Assembly (NCBI GenBank): GCA_041576165.1
Contig: JBFGLM010000009.1
Span: 50,441-114,440 of the forward strand
DNA from: Acidimicrobiia bacterium
Lineage (GTDB): Bacteria > Actinomycetota > Acidimicrobiia > Spongiisociales > Spongiisociaceae
Direction: 5' to 3'
DNA length: 64,000 nucleotides
Shown here: positions 18,128-28,877 of the stretch, in pieces
Numbering within the stretch: the first letter of the stretch is position 1
How the letters are laid out: each line of letters starts with the position of its first letter
The notes under the pieces: model-generated
What the model was told of the DNA's origin: nothing
Databases searched by the model: none
What the model saw: only the letters and a program-made list of their open reading frames with translations
Program-made: the position numbers and the translations under genes

Positions 18128-18458
18128 TCACCGAGTTTCCTGCGGGTGCATCACACCCTCAACGACCATGGCCGCCGTCGTCGCCTGGACCCGGCGCGTC
18201 GTCGCAGGTGTTGTAGGTGTTTGCGTATGCTCCCGGTCAGGTCGCCGTGCAAATGGTTCAGGATTTGTCTTATTGGGCCCCACCGCACGAGTTCCTTCGA
18301 TCCGCTCAGCTGGCCAACGGCCTTTGCTGAGCTGCCCGGGCCGGGGCATACTCCTCTCCTAGCAGGGACCCTCGACGCGTGATCTGGGATCTCCACCCCT
18401 GACGGCCCGCCCCGCGCCGCATCGTGCACGCGTCCTACCAGCAGGAGCGAACACAGCA

Positions 18459-21164
18459 ATGTCCAATACAAAATGGGTCTACCGGTTCGACGAGGTCGAT
18501 GCTGCCGAAGCGCACGTCGACGGCGATTGGGAGTCGGTGCGCGGCCTCCTCGGCGGCAAAGGCGCCAACCTCGCCGACATGACACGGCTCGGTGTCCCAG
18601 TTCCGCCTGGATTCACGGTAACCACCGAGGCGTGCCTCGCATACCTCGAAGCCGACGAGCAGTTGCCCGAAGGGGCCTGGAAGCAAATCGAAGCAGCGCT
18701 TGCATCCATCGAGTCTGCGACCGGAAAGCGGTTCGGCAACGCGTCGGACCCGCTCCTGGTATCGGTCCGGTCGGGAGCCAAGTTTTCGATGCCCGGCATG
18801 ATGGACACCGTCCTGAATATCGGTCTCAACGACGAAGTGGCCGAAGGCATGGTCGCCCTCACGGGCGACGAGCACTTCGTCTACGACTCCTACCGGAGGC
18901 TCATCCAGATGTTCGGATCCGTGGTGCTCGGTCTCCGCGACGAGCTGTTCGAGCATGTGCTCGAACGGTCGCGGATCCGGCGGGGCGCGGAGTCGGACGC
19001 CGAACTGACCGTCGAGGACCTCCGCTCGATCGTCGACGAGTTCAAGGGTATCGCAGTGCGTTTCCCCGACGAGCCGATCGAGCAGCTGCGGCTCGCCACC
19101 GAGGCGGTGTTCAAGTCGTGGAACGGCAAGCGCGCCGTCGACTACCGCAACGCCGCAGGCATCGACCACGGCCTCGGCACGGCGGTCAACATCCAGACGA
19201 TGGTCTTTGGAAACATGGGCGACGACTCGGCCACCGGCGTCGCCATGTCGCGGAATGCGACGACCGGTGAGAATGAGATCGAAGGCGACTTCCTGGTGAA
19301 CGCCCAAGGCGAGGACGTCGTGGCCGGGATTCGGCCGACCCAGCGGATGGCCGACATGGCCGTGGAGATGCCCGCGCTCTACGAGGAGTTCGCCAATATT
19401 GCGCGGACCCTCGAGGCGCACCACCGCGACATGCAGGACATGGAGTTCACCGTCGAGAGCGGGAAGCTCTGGCTGCTGCAGACCCGCGACGGCAAGCGGA
19501 CCGCCCAGGCGGCGGTTCGGATCGCCGTCAGTCTCGCCGAGGAGGGTCTCATCGACCGGACCGAGGCAGTCATGCGGGTTCAGCCCGAACAGGTCGATTT
19601 CTTCCTGCACCCGCAGTTCAGCCCGGAGACCAAGAAAGCCGCGCAGCTCCTTGCGTCCGGGCTCAACGTTTCCCCCGGCGCAGCTGTCGGTGTCGTCGCC
19701 TTCGATGCCGACCTCACCGAGGAGTGGGCGAAGGAACACGGCCGGGACGTGATCATGGTGCGGCCCGAGACGAAGCCCGACGACGTGCACGGAATGCTCG
19801 CCGCAAACGGGATTCTCACGAGCCGCGGCGGGCGCACGAGCCACGCCGCACTCGTCGCTCGCCAGTTTGGGAAACCGGCGGTCGTCGGCGTAAGTGAGCT
19901 GCAGATCGACCTGCAGAGCCGGATGATGTCGGTGGGCGACACCGAGGTCGAGGAGGGCGACTGGATCTCGCTCGACGGCACCACCGGCGAGGTGTACCTC
20001 GGCAAGCTCGATTCGATCGTGCCCGACATCGAGGACCCATGGCTCATGACGCTGCTCGAATGGGCGGACGAGCTCCGCACGCTCGATGTGCGGGCGAATG
20101 CCGACTACCCGGTGGACGCTCAGCGGGCCCGGGCGTACGGCGCGCAAGGGATTGGGCTCACCCGCACCGAGCACATGTTCTTCGAGACCGAGCGGCTGCC
20201 CATCGTACAGACGATGATCATGGCCGAGTCGCCCGCCGAGCGCCGTGAGGCGCTCGAGGCGCTACTCCCGCTGCAGCGGTCCGACTTCGAGGGCTTGTTC
20301 CGGGCAATGGACGGGCTCCCGGTGATCATCCGGCTCATCGACCCACCGCTCCACGAATTCCTCCCCGAGGAGCGGGCGCTCACTCGACTTCTCGCGGACC
20401 ACAAGATCCGCTTGTCGCACGCCGGCACGCTCGACGAGATCGAGGAGCTCCTCGCGCAGGTCGAGGAGGAGGAGCACATGCTCGCCCGCGTCGAGGCGCT
20501 GCACGAGGCGAACCCCATGCTCGGCACCCGGGGCGTGCGCCTGGGCATCATGCTCCCCGACCTCACGAGGATGCAGGTCCGAGCGATCTTCCAGGCGGCC
20601 TGCGCGGTGGCCCGCGATGGGGTCGACGTGCACCCCGAAGTGATGATCCCGCTCACCAGCCACGTGAACGAACTCGCCCGCCAGCGCGCCGCCCTGGAGG
20701 CCGAGGCGCACGCCGTCATGGAGGAGGAGGGCCTCGAGGTCTCATACATGTTCGGGACGATGATCGAGATTCCGCGGGCGGCGCTCACCGCCGACGAGAT
20801 CGCCGAGTACGCCGAGTTCTTCTCCTTTGGGACGAACGATCTCACCCAGACGACGTTTGGGATCAGTCGTGACGACGCCGAGGCCGGCTTCCTCCTCGCC
20901 TACCTGCAGGAGGGCATCCTCGAGGACAACCCGTTCGATACGCTCGACCGCAACGGCGTCGGAAAGCTCATGGGCCAGGCCGTGGCGGCCGGCCGAGCAG
21001 TTCGGTCGGACCTCGAGGTCGGAATCTGCGGAGAGCACGGAGGAGACCCCCGCTCGATCGCCCTGTGCCAGGAGCTCGGGATCGACTACGTGTCGTGCTC
21101 ACCGTTCCGGGTGCCGATCGCCCGGCTGGCCGCGGCCCAAGCCGCCGTGCGAGCCGAAAGCTGA
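18459..21164 (+). CDS. ppdK: Pyruvate, phosphate dikinase
   Basis: LLGGKGANL, SVRSGA, SMPGMMDT, GGRTSHAA phospho-His, EANPMLG, FSFGTNDLTQ, GICGEHGG. Confidence 0.97.
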   Translation: MSNTKWVYRFDEVDAAEAHVDGDWESVRGLLGGKGANLADMTRLGVPVPPGFTVTTEACLAYLEADEQLPEGAWKQIEAALASIESATGKRFGNASDPLLVSVRSGAKFSMPGMMDTVLNIGLNDEVAEGMVALTGDEHFVYDSYRRLIQMFGSVVLGLRDELFEHVLERSRIRRGAESDAELTVEDLRSIVDEFKGIAVRFPDEPIEQLRLATEAVFKSWNGKRAVDYRNAAGIDHGLGTAVNIQTMVFGNMGDDSATGVAMSRNATTGENEIEGDFLVNAQGEDVVAGIRPTQRMADMAVEMPALYEEFANIARTLEAHHRDMQDMEFTVESGKLWLLQTRDGKRTAQAAVRIAVSLAEEGLIDRTEAVMRVQPEQVDFFLHPQFSPETKKAAQLLASGLNVSPGAAVGVVAFDADLTEEWAKEHGRDVIMVRPETKPDDVHGMLAANGILTSRGGRTSHAALVARQFGKPAVVGVSELQIDLQSRMMSVGDTEVEEGDWISLDGTTGEVYLGKLDSIVPDIEDPWLMTLLEWADELRTLDVRANADYPVDAQRARAYGAQGIGLTRTEHMFFETERLPIVQTMIMAESPAERREALEALLPLQRSDFEGLFRAMDGLPVIIRLIDPPLHEFLPEERALTRLLADHKIRLSHAGTLDEIEELLAQVEEEEHMLARVEALHEANPMLGTRGVRLGIMLPDLTRMQVRAIFQAACAVARDGVDVHPEVMIPLTSHVNELARQRAALEAEAHAVMEEEGLEVSYMFGTMIEIPRAALTADEIAEYAEFFSFGTNDLTQTTFGISRDDAEAGFLLAYLQEGILEDNPFDTLDRNGVGKLMGQAVAAGRAVRSDLEVGICGEHGGDPRSIALCQELGIDYVSCSPFRVPIARLAAAQAAVRAES

Positions 21165-21427
21165 ACCGCACGGAAACCGCCCCGTGCCGCGCACCCGCGG
21201 ATGGCAGGCGCATGATCAGCTCGCATAGTGCGATCACGGGTGGGTTGCGACGCGGATTCTCGGTGTCGGGTCGTCCTCGACGAGCTTCAACGGGTATCGC
21301 CGGCTGGCGTCGTGGCGGTGGTCCTATGGTGAGCTCACACCGGTCGGGGTCGAGTCCGTGACGACCCAATCGGAGCCTCCGCCGGGACGCCGGCGAGGCG
21401 GCCCGACCCAGGAGTGGCGATGATCGC

Positions 21428-21733
21428 CTACGCCTCGCTACTGCAGCCGGGCGCAGCATTGGGCCGCCAGCGTAGGATCGCCAGCCAGTCGATCACTCCC
21501 ACGAGATCCCGACCCTGCCCGAGGACATTGTCGTGATGAACGTCACGATGGATGACGCCTTGCGCCAGCTTCGGAGGTGCCGAGCCGGCTACCTCCCGAG
21601 CTCGTTCCCAGAGCCCGGGTCTCAGCACAAATCGCCCAGCGGCCGTTTCCAACCTGCGTACGCTCGCGGTGGTCGCGCTGTCCAGTGGCTCGATGTTGGC
21701 GATGGGCTGGCCGAGCATGCCGTCCAACCACAT
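21428..21733 (-). pseudogene. Aminoglycoside-phosphotransferase-like relic with internal deletion
   Basis: N-lobe ...GRFVLR joined almost directly to IHRDVHHDNVL...GVIDW. Confidence 0.6.
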
Positions 21734-21975
21734 CCGCACTCGTGGCTCAATCCCGTGTGAGTGCAGAGCCTTCGTCCGCCTCATCGTTCCAGACCTGGCA
21801 GAGCCTGGCAACGAGGCGATCATCGAAAGGGCGCTCCGGGGGCTTCAGGAAGATACGAAGACCAGCCTCTGGTGCTCTGGGCGCTCAGGTCGAGAGCTGA
21901 GCCCATGATTCTGCAGCGACCGCAGCGAAGACAGGGCCGGTAGAGTCGGGCCTCGCCGGCCGCAGAGGAGTTGGG

Positions 21976-23187
21976 ATGTCAAGCGGGGCCACCCTCGAGG
22001 GACCGCTGCACGGAGTTCGGGTGCTCGACATCGCCACGATGCTCGGCGCGGGCCACTGTTCGTCGCTGCTCGCCGACTTCGGCGCTGACGTGATCCATCT
22101 CGAATTACCGGGTCGCGGCGACAGCCTGCGGGGCATGGGCCCGTTCAAGAACGGCCACTCATTGCGCTGGGCGGTCGTCGGCCGGGGGAAGAGGTCGATC
22201 ACCGTCGATCTGCGCACGCCAGAGGGCCAGGCCATCGTGCACCGGCTCGCCCGCAAGTCCGACGTCGTCCTCGAGAACTACCGGCCGGGCACGATCGCCC
22301 GCTGGAACCTAGGTTTTGAGACGCTGTGCGAGATCAACCCCGACATCGTCCTGCTCAGTCTGTCCGGGTACGGCCAGACGGGACCGAAAAGCCACTTGGC
22401 GGGCTTCGGCAGAGTGATCGAAGCAGCAAGTGGACTGATGAACCAGACTGGCGATCCGGCAGGACCGCCCTATCAGATGGGCGTGCCCCTCGTCGACTAC
22501 GTCGCCGGTACCTTCGGTGCGATGGCGGTGGTCATGGCACTCTACGACCGGGCCGAACGCGGAGGGCGAGGGCAGTGGATCGACCTGTCCCTTTACGAAT
22601 CGGTGATCCGGCTTCTCGACTCTCTCCTGACCAGGGAGGATGTTCTCGGGGAGACGCCGACCCGGATGGGCAACCGCTACGTGAACGTAGCCCCCTCCGA
22701 CGTCTACCGAGCGGGGGACGGACGGTACTTCTTTCACAGCTCCGCGACGCAGAGCGTCTACGTCAGGCTGATGAAGGCGATTGGGCGCCCGGACCTCGTG
22801 ACCGACGAGCGGTACGCGACGAACGTGGCCAGAACCGCCGGGGGCGGGGACATCAACGACATCGTCCAAGCCTGGTTCTCAGAGCGCGACACCGAGGAGA
22901 TCATGCGGGTGATGGAAGCACATGACGTTCCGATCTCGCCCGTGAACACTACAGCCGAAGTGGTAACCGACCCCCAGCTGCACGAGAGGGAATCGCTGAT
23001 CCGGGCCGCCTACGCCGACATCGGCGACGTGCTGATGCCGGGCGTCGTGCCGAAGCTCTCGCGAACGCCAGGATCGGTCCGCCATGCCGGCCCGCCCCTT
23101 GGTGCCCATACCGATGAGGTCCTCGGTGAGTTGCTGGGTATGGGACCTGACGAAATCACTGCCCTGCGCGAGCAAGGAATCGTCTGA
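21976..23187 (+). CDS. CaiB/BaiF family III CoA-transferase
   Basis: GPLHGVRVLD, LADFGADVI, RGKRSITVDL, ENYRPG, GYGQTGP, catalytic D in LVDY, PLGAHTDEVL. Confidence 0.94.
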   Translation: MSSGATLEGPLHGVRVLDIATMLGAGHCSSLLADFGADVIHLELPGRGDSLRGMGPFKNGHSLRWAVVGRGKRSITVDLRTPEGQAIVHRLARKSDVVLENYRPGTIARWNLGFETLCEINPDIVLLSLSGYGQTGPKSHLAGFGRVIEAASGLMNQTGDPAGPPYQMGVPLVDYVAGTFGAMAVVMALYDRAERGGRGQWIDLSLYESVIRLLDSLLTREDVLGETPTRMGNRYVNVAPSDVYRAGDGRYFFHSSATQSVYVRLMKAIGRPDLVTDERYATNVARTAGGGDINDIVQAWFSERDTEEIMRVMEAHDVPISPVNTTAEVVTDPQLHERESLIRAAYADIGDVLMPGVVPKLSRTPGSVRHAGPPLGAHTDEVLGELLGMGPDEITALREQGIV

Positions 23188-23199
23188 AGGGGTCCGACC

Positions 23200-24084
23200 A
23201 TGGAAGCAATCCGCAGCCTTTTGAGCGTTCCCGGGAACCGTGATCGCATGATCGCCAAGGCCCCCGACGTCGGGGCCGACGCCCTCATCCTGGACCTCGA
23301 GGACTCGGTGCCTGAGGATCGCAAGGCGGAGGCGCGGGAGATGACTGCCGGGTTCCTGGGGGAGGACGCGGGCGGAGCGATCACCTACGTTCGCGTGAAT
23401 GCATTGGAGTCCGGTCACCTGGAGGCGGACCTCGATGCGATTGTTCGTCCCGGACTGGCGGGGATCCAATGCCCCAAGACCGATGTTCCCGCCGTGGTGC
23501 AGACGGTCGACCGGATGCTGCACGAGCTCGAGGCCGATCGGGGCCTGGAGCCGAACTCCGTCGAGCTGATCGCCGGGGTCGAATCCGCGGCCGGGGTATT
23601 TCATTGCTACGAGATCCTGTCGGCGGCGCGCCGGGTGAGCTCAGTGGTCGTTGGCGTCGCGGAGAACGGGGACCTGCAGCGAGACGTTGGCTTCGTCCAC
23701 AGCCCGGAAGGCCTCGAGTCCTTGTACATCCGATCCAAGGTGCTGCTCGAAGCCCGTCACGCCGGTATCACCAACCCGCTCGACGGTACGTTCAGCGACC
23801 TGGCGGACATGGAGGGTTTCGAGGCCGAGGCCCGTCGGGCCCACAACCTCGGATACAGAGGGAAGAAACTGATTCACCCCAAGCAGGTGGAGCCAACCAA
23901 TTCGATCTTCATGCCAACGGCGGCAGAGCTGGATTTCCATTCACGCGTGATCGAGGCGATGAAAGCTGCGGAGAGTGGAGGCCACGCCTCGACAACGGTG
24001 GACGGGAGAATGGTCGACATCGCGATGGTGGCAAACGCCAGGCAGGTGCTCGAATGGGCCGAGCGGCTCGGGATCGAGATCTAG
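23200..24084 (+). CDS. CitE/HpcH-family CoA-ester lyase
   Basis: RSLLSVPG, ILDLEDSV, YVRVN, PK, ESAAG, GYRGKKLIHPKQV, DGRMVD. Confidence 0.92.
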   Translation: MEAIRSLLSVPGNRDRMIAKAPDVGADALILDLEDSVPEDRKAEAREMTAGFLGEDAGGAITYVRVNALESGHLEADLDAIVRPGLAGIQCPKTDVPAVVQTVDRMLHELEADRGLEPNSVELIAGVESAAGVFHCYEILSAARRVSSVVVGVAENGDLQRDVGFVHSPEGLESLYIRSKVLLEARHAGITNPLDGTFSDLADMEGFEAEARRAHNLGYRGKKLIHPKQVEPTNSIFMPTAAELDFHSRVIEAMKAAESGGHASTTVDGRMVDIAMVANARQVLEWAERLGIEI

Positions 24085-24090
24085 GACGGC

Positions 24091-25185
24091 TCACGCGCCA
24101 TAATCGGCCGGATCGATCCCCAGTAGGTGGACGGCGTTGAGGCCGCAGATGAGCTCACGGTCGTGCTCGGAGAGGCCATCCGTCTGATACACCAGCTCGA
24201 TCGGCCGGTAATCGGCCATGTCCGCCGGGTAGTCGGTGCCCAGCACGACGTGGTCGGCCCCGAACTTCTGCACCAGGTAGCTGAGCTGATCAGGAGCGAA
24301 GACCAGCGTGTCGACATGGAAGCGTGTCAGGTAGGTGCTGGGAAGCTCATTGATGTGGTCCCGGCAATCGGGCCGCACGCCGAAGGCGTGATCCATCCTC
24401 GCTCCATACGCCGCAGCGAAGGCCCCACCGTGGGACAGGTAGATCTTGAGGTCCGGGTGGCGCGCCATGACTCCGTCGAAGATGAGGTAGTGCACGGCCA
24501 CTGTGGTGTCGAGCGGGTTGCCGATCACGTTTGCCAGGTGGTGGCGTGACAAACGCGGGCTGACGAAGGATGCGGGATGAATGAAGACGGCTACGTCCAG
24601 GGCCTCGCACCGATCCCAGAAGGGCTCCAGGCGCTCGGCTGACAACTCCTCGTCCATCACCCGTGCCCCGATCTGAATCCCCTTGAATCCCAGTCCGTAG
24701 ATACAGCGGTCCAGTTCCTCGAGGGCATGGTCGGTGGACTGGAGGGGGACGGTCCCCAGTCCCACGAATCTGCGCGGATGGGAGGCAACCGCGGCTGCGA
24801 TGCCGGCGTTCACCATCCGACTCACCTCGGCGCCGATATCCGGATCCACCATGTAATACATCTGTGGCGGCAGGCACGAGAGGGCCGCTACGTCGATCTG
24901 CATGGCATCCATGTCGCGCACTCGGGTGTCGATGTCGGTCCACTCTGCGACCCGAGTCGCATGGATCCGTTCGTAGATCTCTCGGCTTCTCTGATCGGAA
25001 ACCCGGTAGGCCGTGATGGCTTTCTCGGTTGGCAGGTGGGGTGCGACGAACTCTGCGGCCGCGAGCACCTTGAAGTGGTTGTGCAAATCCACGGTGAGTG
25101 TCGCTGGGCGCGCGCCCGGCTCGTCCAGATGTGGGCGGGCCGCCGTCGGCCCAAAGGGATCGAGGGGAATCTTGGGTTCTGCCAT
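24091..25185 (-). CDS. Amidohydrolase_2 family protein (ACMSD-like)
   Basis: DLHNH, FVGLGTVPLQ, VFIHP, SHGG, LGTDYP. Confidence 0.9.
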   Translation of the reverse strand: MAEPKIPLDPFGPTAARPHLDEPGARPATLTVDLHNHFKVLAAAEFVAPHLPTEKAITAYRVSDQRSREIYERIHATRVAEWTDIDTRVRDMDAMQIDVAALSCLPPQMYYMVDPDIGAEVSRMVNAGIAAAVASHPRRFVGLGTVPLQSTDHALEELDRCIYGLGFKGIQIGARVMDEELSAERLEPFWDRCEALDVAVFIHPASFVSPRLSRHHLANVIGNPLDTTVAVHYLIFDGVMARHPDLKIYLSHGGAFAAAYGARMDHAFGVRPDCRDHINELPSTYLTRFHVDTLVFAPDQLSYLVQKFGADHVVLGTDYPADMADYRPIELVYQTDGLSEHDRELICGLNAVHLLGIDPADYGA

Positions 25186-25233
25186 CCGAACGTCCTTCCG
25201 GGTCGAATCGGTCGCGGGGTTCCTCGGTCGATC

Positions 25234-26202
25234 TCAGCTCGGCCGAACGGGGAGGACCTCATCGACCTGTGCGAGAACCTCAGGCCCGACCGCCCAGGTC
25301 GAGGCGGCAACATTGGCCTGAACCTGCTCCGGTGTGGTGGCACCGGCGATCACCGACGCGACTCGGCGGCGGCTCAAAAGCCAGGAGATCGCCAGCTCGA
25401 GAATCGTGTGATCATAGGCTTCGGCGATCCCGGTCAGACGCTCGACGGTGTCGAGGACATCGTCGTGGAGACCGAGGTGGGGCCGGGCCTCCCAGAAGGC
25501 CAGGCGGGTGCCCTTGGGCGCCGCCGCGCCTTTCCGGTACTTGCCGGTGAGGAGCCCACTGGCGATGGGGAAGTAGGGAAGGAACGCCATGTCGAGGTCG
25601 TCACAGGTCGGGAGCACGTCCGCCTCTGCCCCGCGCACGAGCAGCGAGTACTCGTTCTGCACGCTGGAGAATCGCACGGTGCCGAGATCATCTGCCACCG
25701 CGGCGGCTTGCACGAGTTGGTCGGCGCTGAAGTTGGAACAACCGATCACGCGCACCTTGCCTTCGTCGACGAGTTCCTGAACGATGCCGAGCGTCTCGCT
25801 GATGTGGGAGTCGCGGTCCGGCCGGTGCATTTGATACAGGTCGATGTGGTCAGTGCCCAGCCGCCTCAGGCTGTCCTCACACGCGCGACGAACCCACTCT
25901 CGCCCTCCGCCTCGCATGCTGTTGTCCGTCTTGGACATCGAAATCCCGAACTTGGTCGCCACGATCACCTGATCGCGGCGAGCTCCAAGGGCGGCGCCCA
26001 AGAACTCCTCGGAAACGCCGGTACCGGAGTATGGATGGTCGCCGTATCCGTAGATGTCGGCGGTGTCGAAAAACGTTATGCCGGCGTCGAGGGCCGCGTG
26101 CACGACGGCCGTGCTGGAGGCACGATCGAGCTTGCGCCCGAAATTGTTACATCCCAGCCCGACGGCGGAGACCGAGAGTGCACCGATGCTTCGAGCTTCC
26201 AT
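25234..26202 (-). CDS. Aldo/keto reductase
   Basis: GLGCNNFG, FDTADIYG, ATKFG, SLRRLGTDHIDLYQMH, GCSNF. Confidence 0.94.
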   Translation of the reverse strand: MEARSIGALSVSAVGLGCNNFGRKLDRASSTAVVHAALDAGITFFDTADIYGYGDHPYSGTGVSEEFLGAALGARRDQVIVATKFGISMSKTDNSMRGGGREWVRRACEDSLRRLGTDHIDLYQMHRPDRDSHISETLGIVQELVDEGKVRVIGCSNFSADQLVQAAAVADDLGTVRFSSVQNEYSLLVRGAEADVLPTCDDLDMAFLPYFPIASGLLTGKYRKGAAAPKGTRLAFWEARPHLGLHDDVLDTVERLTGIAEAYDHTILELAISWLLSRRRVASVIAGATTPEQVQANVAASTWAVGPEVLAQVDEVLPVRPS

Positions 26203-26409
26203 GCCTTCGACTCCTTCGACGGCCCGTTGCCGTCATCGTATGCAGCCGTCCCCTTCGCCGCAGCGTGGCCATCTGCCGGGGCAGGATGAGCCTCCGGGGT
26301 GAGCGTGTAGACGGCAACATCGTCCGCGTTTCTCCGGAGCGAACATGGGGCGTCTCCGGCCCGCGCCCGAGCATCGCCGAAACGGCAGCGGTCGGCGATG
26401 CCCGGACGC

Positions 26410-26613
26410 GACCCTCACCGTTTGTATCAACTGGATGTGGCGGTCGATGTTCTCCTGTTTGAACCGTGGGTGAATGCGCCGCCTTCCCCGATGTCGTGTT
26501 CGCCCTTTGTCTCGCCCGAGAGGAACAGACCGGTAGCTGCTCACCAGAGCAACACCGTCCAGCCCGATCGCCGAGACCGATTCGCCGGCAGAGCCCAGTT
26601 GCCGTTGCTTCAA
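26410..26613 (-). pseudogene. Second aldo/keto reductase relic with internal deletion
   Basis: KQRQLGSAGESVSAIGL N-terminus joined to HPRFKQENIDRH from the C-terminal half. Confidence 0.55.
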
Positions 26614-26743
26614 CGGTTCACACGGCAAGTCCCTCGACCGGTCAGAATGCTAGGTCCTCTCCGGCCCAGCGATCGTTGGGCGAGGTCGCCGCGTACCGGA
26701 ATGGAAGGCGCCCGAGTTGCTGGCTGGGCCGGGGACAGCTGGA

Positions 26744-26765
26744 CATATCGATGGTGATCGATGTA
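26744..26765. promoter_or_regulatory. ArsR-type operator-like inverted repeat
   Basis: CATATCGAT-GGTG-ATCGATGTA, 25 nt upstream of arsM. Confidence 0.55.
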
Positions 26766-26790
26766 TCATACAAGAGTCACGAGGTACATC

Positions 26791-27555
26791 ATGACCGACA
26801 TCACCGACATCCACATCGAGAAAGACATCAAGGAAGCCGTACGGGCGCGGTACGCCACCGCCGCATTGCGAATCCTGGACCAGAACGACACCGGGTGCTG
26901 CGGGCCGGAAGCGGATACCACCGACGAAGGCCGCTTCGGCGCCTCAGTGTATGATTCCCTCGCCGCGGCCGAGCTCCCCGACTCCGCCACGCTGGCGTCG
27001 CTGGGGTGCGGCAACCCCACCGCCGTCGCGCAGCTCGCCGAGGGCGCAACGGTGCTCGACCTCGGCTCAGGCGCCGGGCTCGACGTCTTCCTCTCGGCTC
27101 GGCGGGTTGGCGCTTCGGGGAGGGTCTACGGACTCGACATGACCGACGAGATGCTCGAGCTGGCGCGTCGCAACCAGGCCGAACTCGGGATCGAGAACGT
27201 CGAGTTCCTCAAGGGGGATATCGAGGCTGTGTCCTTGCCCGACGACTCGGTCGACGTGGTGATCTCCAACTGTGTGATAAACCTCTCCACGGACAAGCCG
27301 GTTGTCTTCAGCGAGGCGCACCGGGTACTCCGCCGGGGCGGCCAGTTCGCAGTGACCGACGTCGTCACGACCCGACCGTTCACTGAGGACGAGAAAGCCG
27401 ACATGGCCTCCTGGACCGGCTGCATCGCGGGCGCCCTCACCATCGCCGAGTACGAGGACGGCCTGGCCAAGGCCGGCTTCTCCGCCATCGAGATCGAGGT
27501 CACCCACGAAGTCGGCCCCGACGCGGTGAGCGCCATCATCCGCGCAACCGCCTAA
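26791..27555 (+). CDS. arsM: Arsenite S-adenosylmethionine methyltransferase
   Basis: N-terminal CC, SLGCGNP, LDLGSGAG, ISNCVINLS, WTGCIAGA. Confidence 0.93.
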   Translation: MTDITDIHIEKDIKEAVRARYATAALRILDQNDTGCCGPEADTTDEGRFGASVYDSLAAAELPDSATLASLGCGNPTAVAQLAEGATVLDLGSGAGLDVFLSARRVGASGRVYGLDMTDEMLELARRNQAELGIENVEFLKGDIEAVSLPDDSVDVVISNCVINLSTDKPVVFSEAHRVLRRGGQFAVTDVVTTRPFTEDEKADMASWTGCIAGALTIAEYEDGLAKAGFSAIEIEVTHEVGPDAVSAIIRATA

Positions 27556-27932
27556 GAGGCACCTCGGATGGGGCGAATGGCAATGAGCCTTGAAGCGGGT
27601 GCCGTGGCCCGAGCGGCCCGGCTGGAAGAGCCAAGAGCGGACAATGACGGTCGTCTGGCGAGAGGCGCCTGCGCCTATCCGCTGACGCCCTGAGCCTGCG
27701 GACGACTGGGCCCGGCTGGAACTGATCTGCACCCGCGAAGCTTGGTGGCCTGGAGCTGGGTGTCGTGGAGCACCGCACGATCGGATATCAGTCGGGGCGG
27801 GAGGGGGTAGCGCTGGTGCGTCACCTTCGGCGCGGTGTCGGGCGAGCTGCGTCACAAGCTGGTCGATCAGAGCGCGCCACGGAGCGACGCCGGGTGGCAA
27901 TGACGACGAGCCGAATGCAGGGTTCAGGGTGC

Positions 27933-28868
27933 TCAGCGGGTTTCTTGGTGGCTAGCCCACGGGATGGGGTCGCTCAACTCGCCGAGGAACGTCCCGTGGC
28001 CGTTGAGATTGCGGAAGGCGAGCCACACCTTGGTGCCGTCGTATTTCTCGATGAGTCGTCCGGAGTACAAGTCAGGCAATAGGGCCGGCGATGCCCGGCT
28101 GATGTCGTACGGGCCGAGCGGGGACGAGACGTCCAGCACGTAGGTGGCATCACTGGGACGGGTTTGCAGCCGTGCCCGACGAGCCGCGGACACGAGATTT
28201 CCCTGACAACTGAAGACCAGCACATACCGTTTGTTCACCGGTACCAGCTGGCTGACCTCGAGGTGCCCAAACTCACCGCTTCCAGTGAGCGGTGGTGCGA
28301 CCTCCCATTTTGCGAGATCGGGGGAGAGGGCGTGTCCGATCACACCTCGCCCGTCGGGAGGGCCTTCGTTGACCCGCGCAGTCACCAGGGCGTGGAACAT
28401 CCCGTCGGGGCCTTTGAACACCCACGGGTCCCGCCACGCCTCCTCGTACCAGTCGTGCTCCTCAATCGTCTCGTACCAGCGAGCGTCTGCGGAGAACAGC
28501 GGGCCCGGCCGTTTCTCCCAACCCATCAAGTCGTCGGAAACGGCAACTCCAATCCGTTGGGAGACGACGCCGTTCAAGAGCGATGCACCGGTGTAGAACA
28601 TGTGCCAGACACCTTCATGCCGGACGATGCTCCCGGTCCAGATGGCCAAGGCATCCCACGAGCCCGGCTCACCAGGCCCGATCGCATCATCGAGGACCGT
28701 CCATCTACACAGATCTTCCGACACGGCATGTCCTACAGACGCGTGGGCGTGGCGCAGGTTGGGATCGCCGAGGGCCCGCGGCGCCTGCAAGTAGAACGCG
28801 TGATAGCGGCCGTCGGCCCGGGCGGTCCAGAAGTCCCAAATCCACCTGTCTTCGAGTCGAAGGCCCAA
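27933..28868 (-). CDS. GH-J clan (GH32/GH68-like) beta-fructosidase, five-bladed propeller
   Basis: WIWDFW nucleophile, WTGS, WRDP, HLEV acid/base. Confidence 0.85.
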   Translation of the reverse strand: MGLRLEDRWIWDFWTARADGRYHAFYLQAPRALGDPNLRHAHASVGHAVSEDLCRWTVLDDAIGPGEPGSWDALAIWTGSIVRHEGVWHMFYTGASLLNGVVSQRIGVAVSDDLMGWEKRPGPLFSADARWYETIEEHDWYEEAWRDPWVFKGPDGMFHALVTARVNEGPPDGRGVIGHALSPDLAKWEVAPPLTGSGEFGHLEVSQLVPVNKRYVLVFSCQGNLVSAARRARLQTRPSDATYVLDVSSPLGPYDISRASPALLPDLYSGRLIEKYDGTKVWLAFRNLNGHGTFLGELSDPIPWASHQETR

Positions 28869-28877
28869 GGTCGCCCC

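Noticed and set aside
18459-21164. ppdK as dedicated PEP supplier for ComA
   Set aside because: It lies about 20 kb away with unrelated genes between and no shared regulatory motif was seen.
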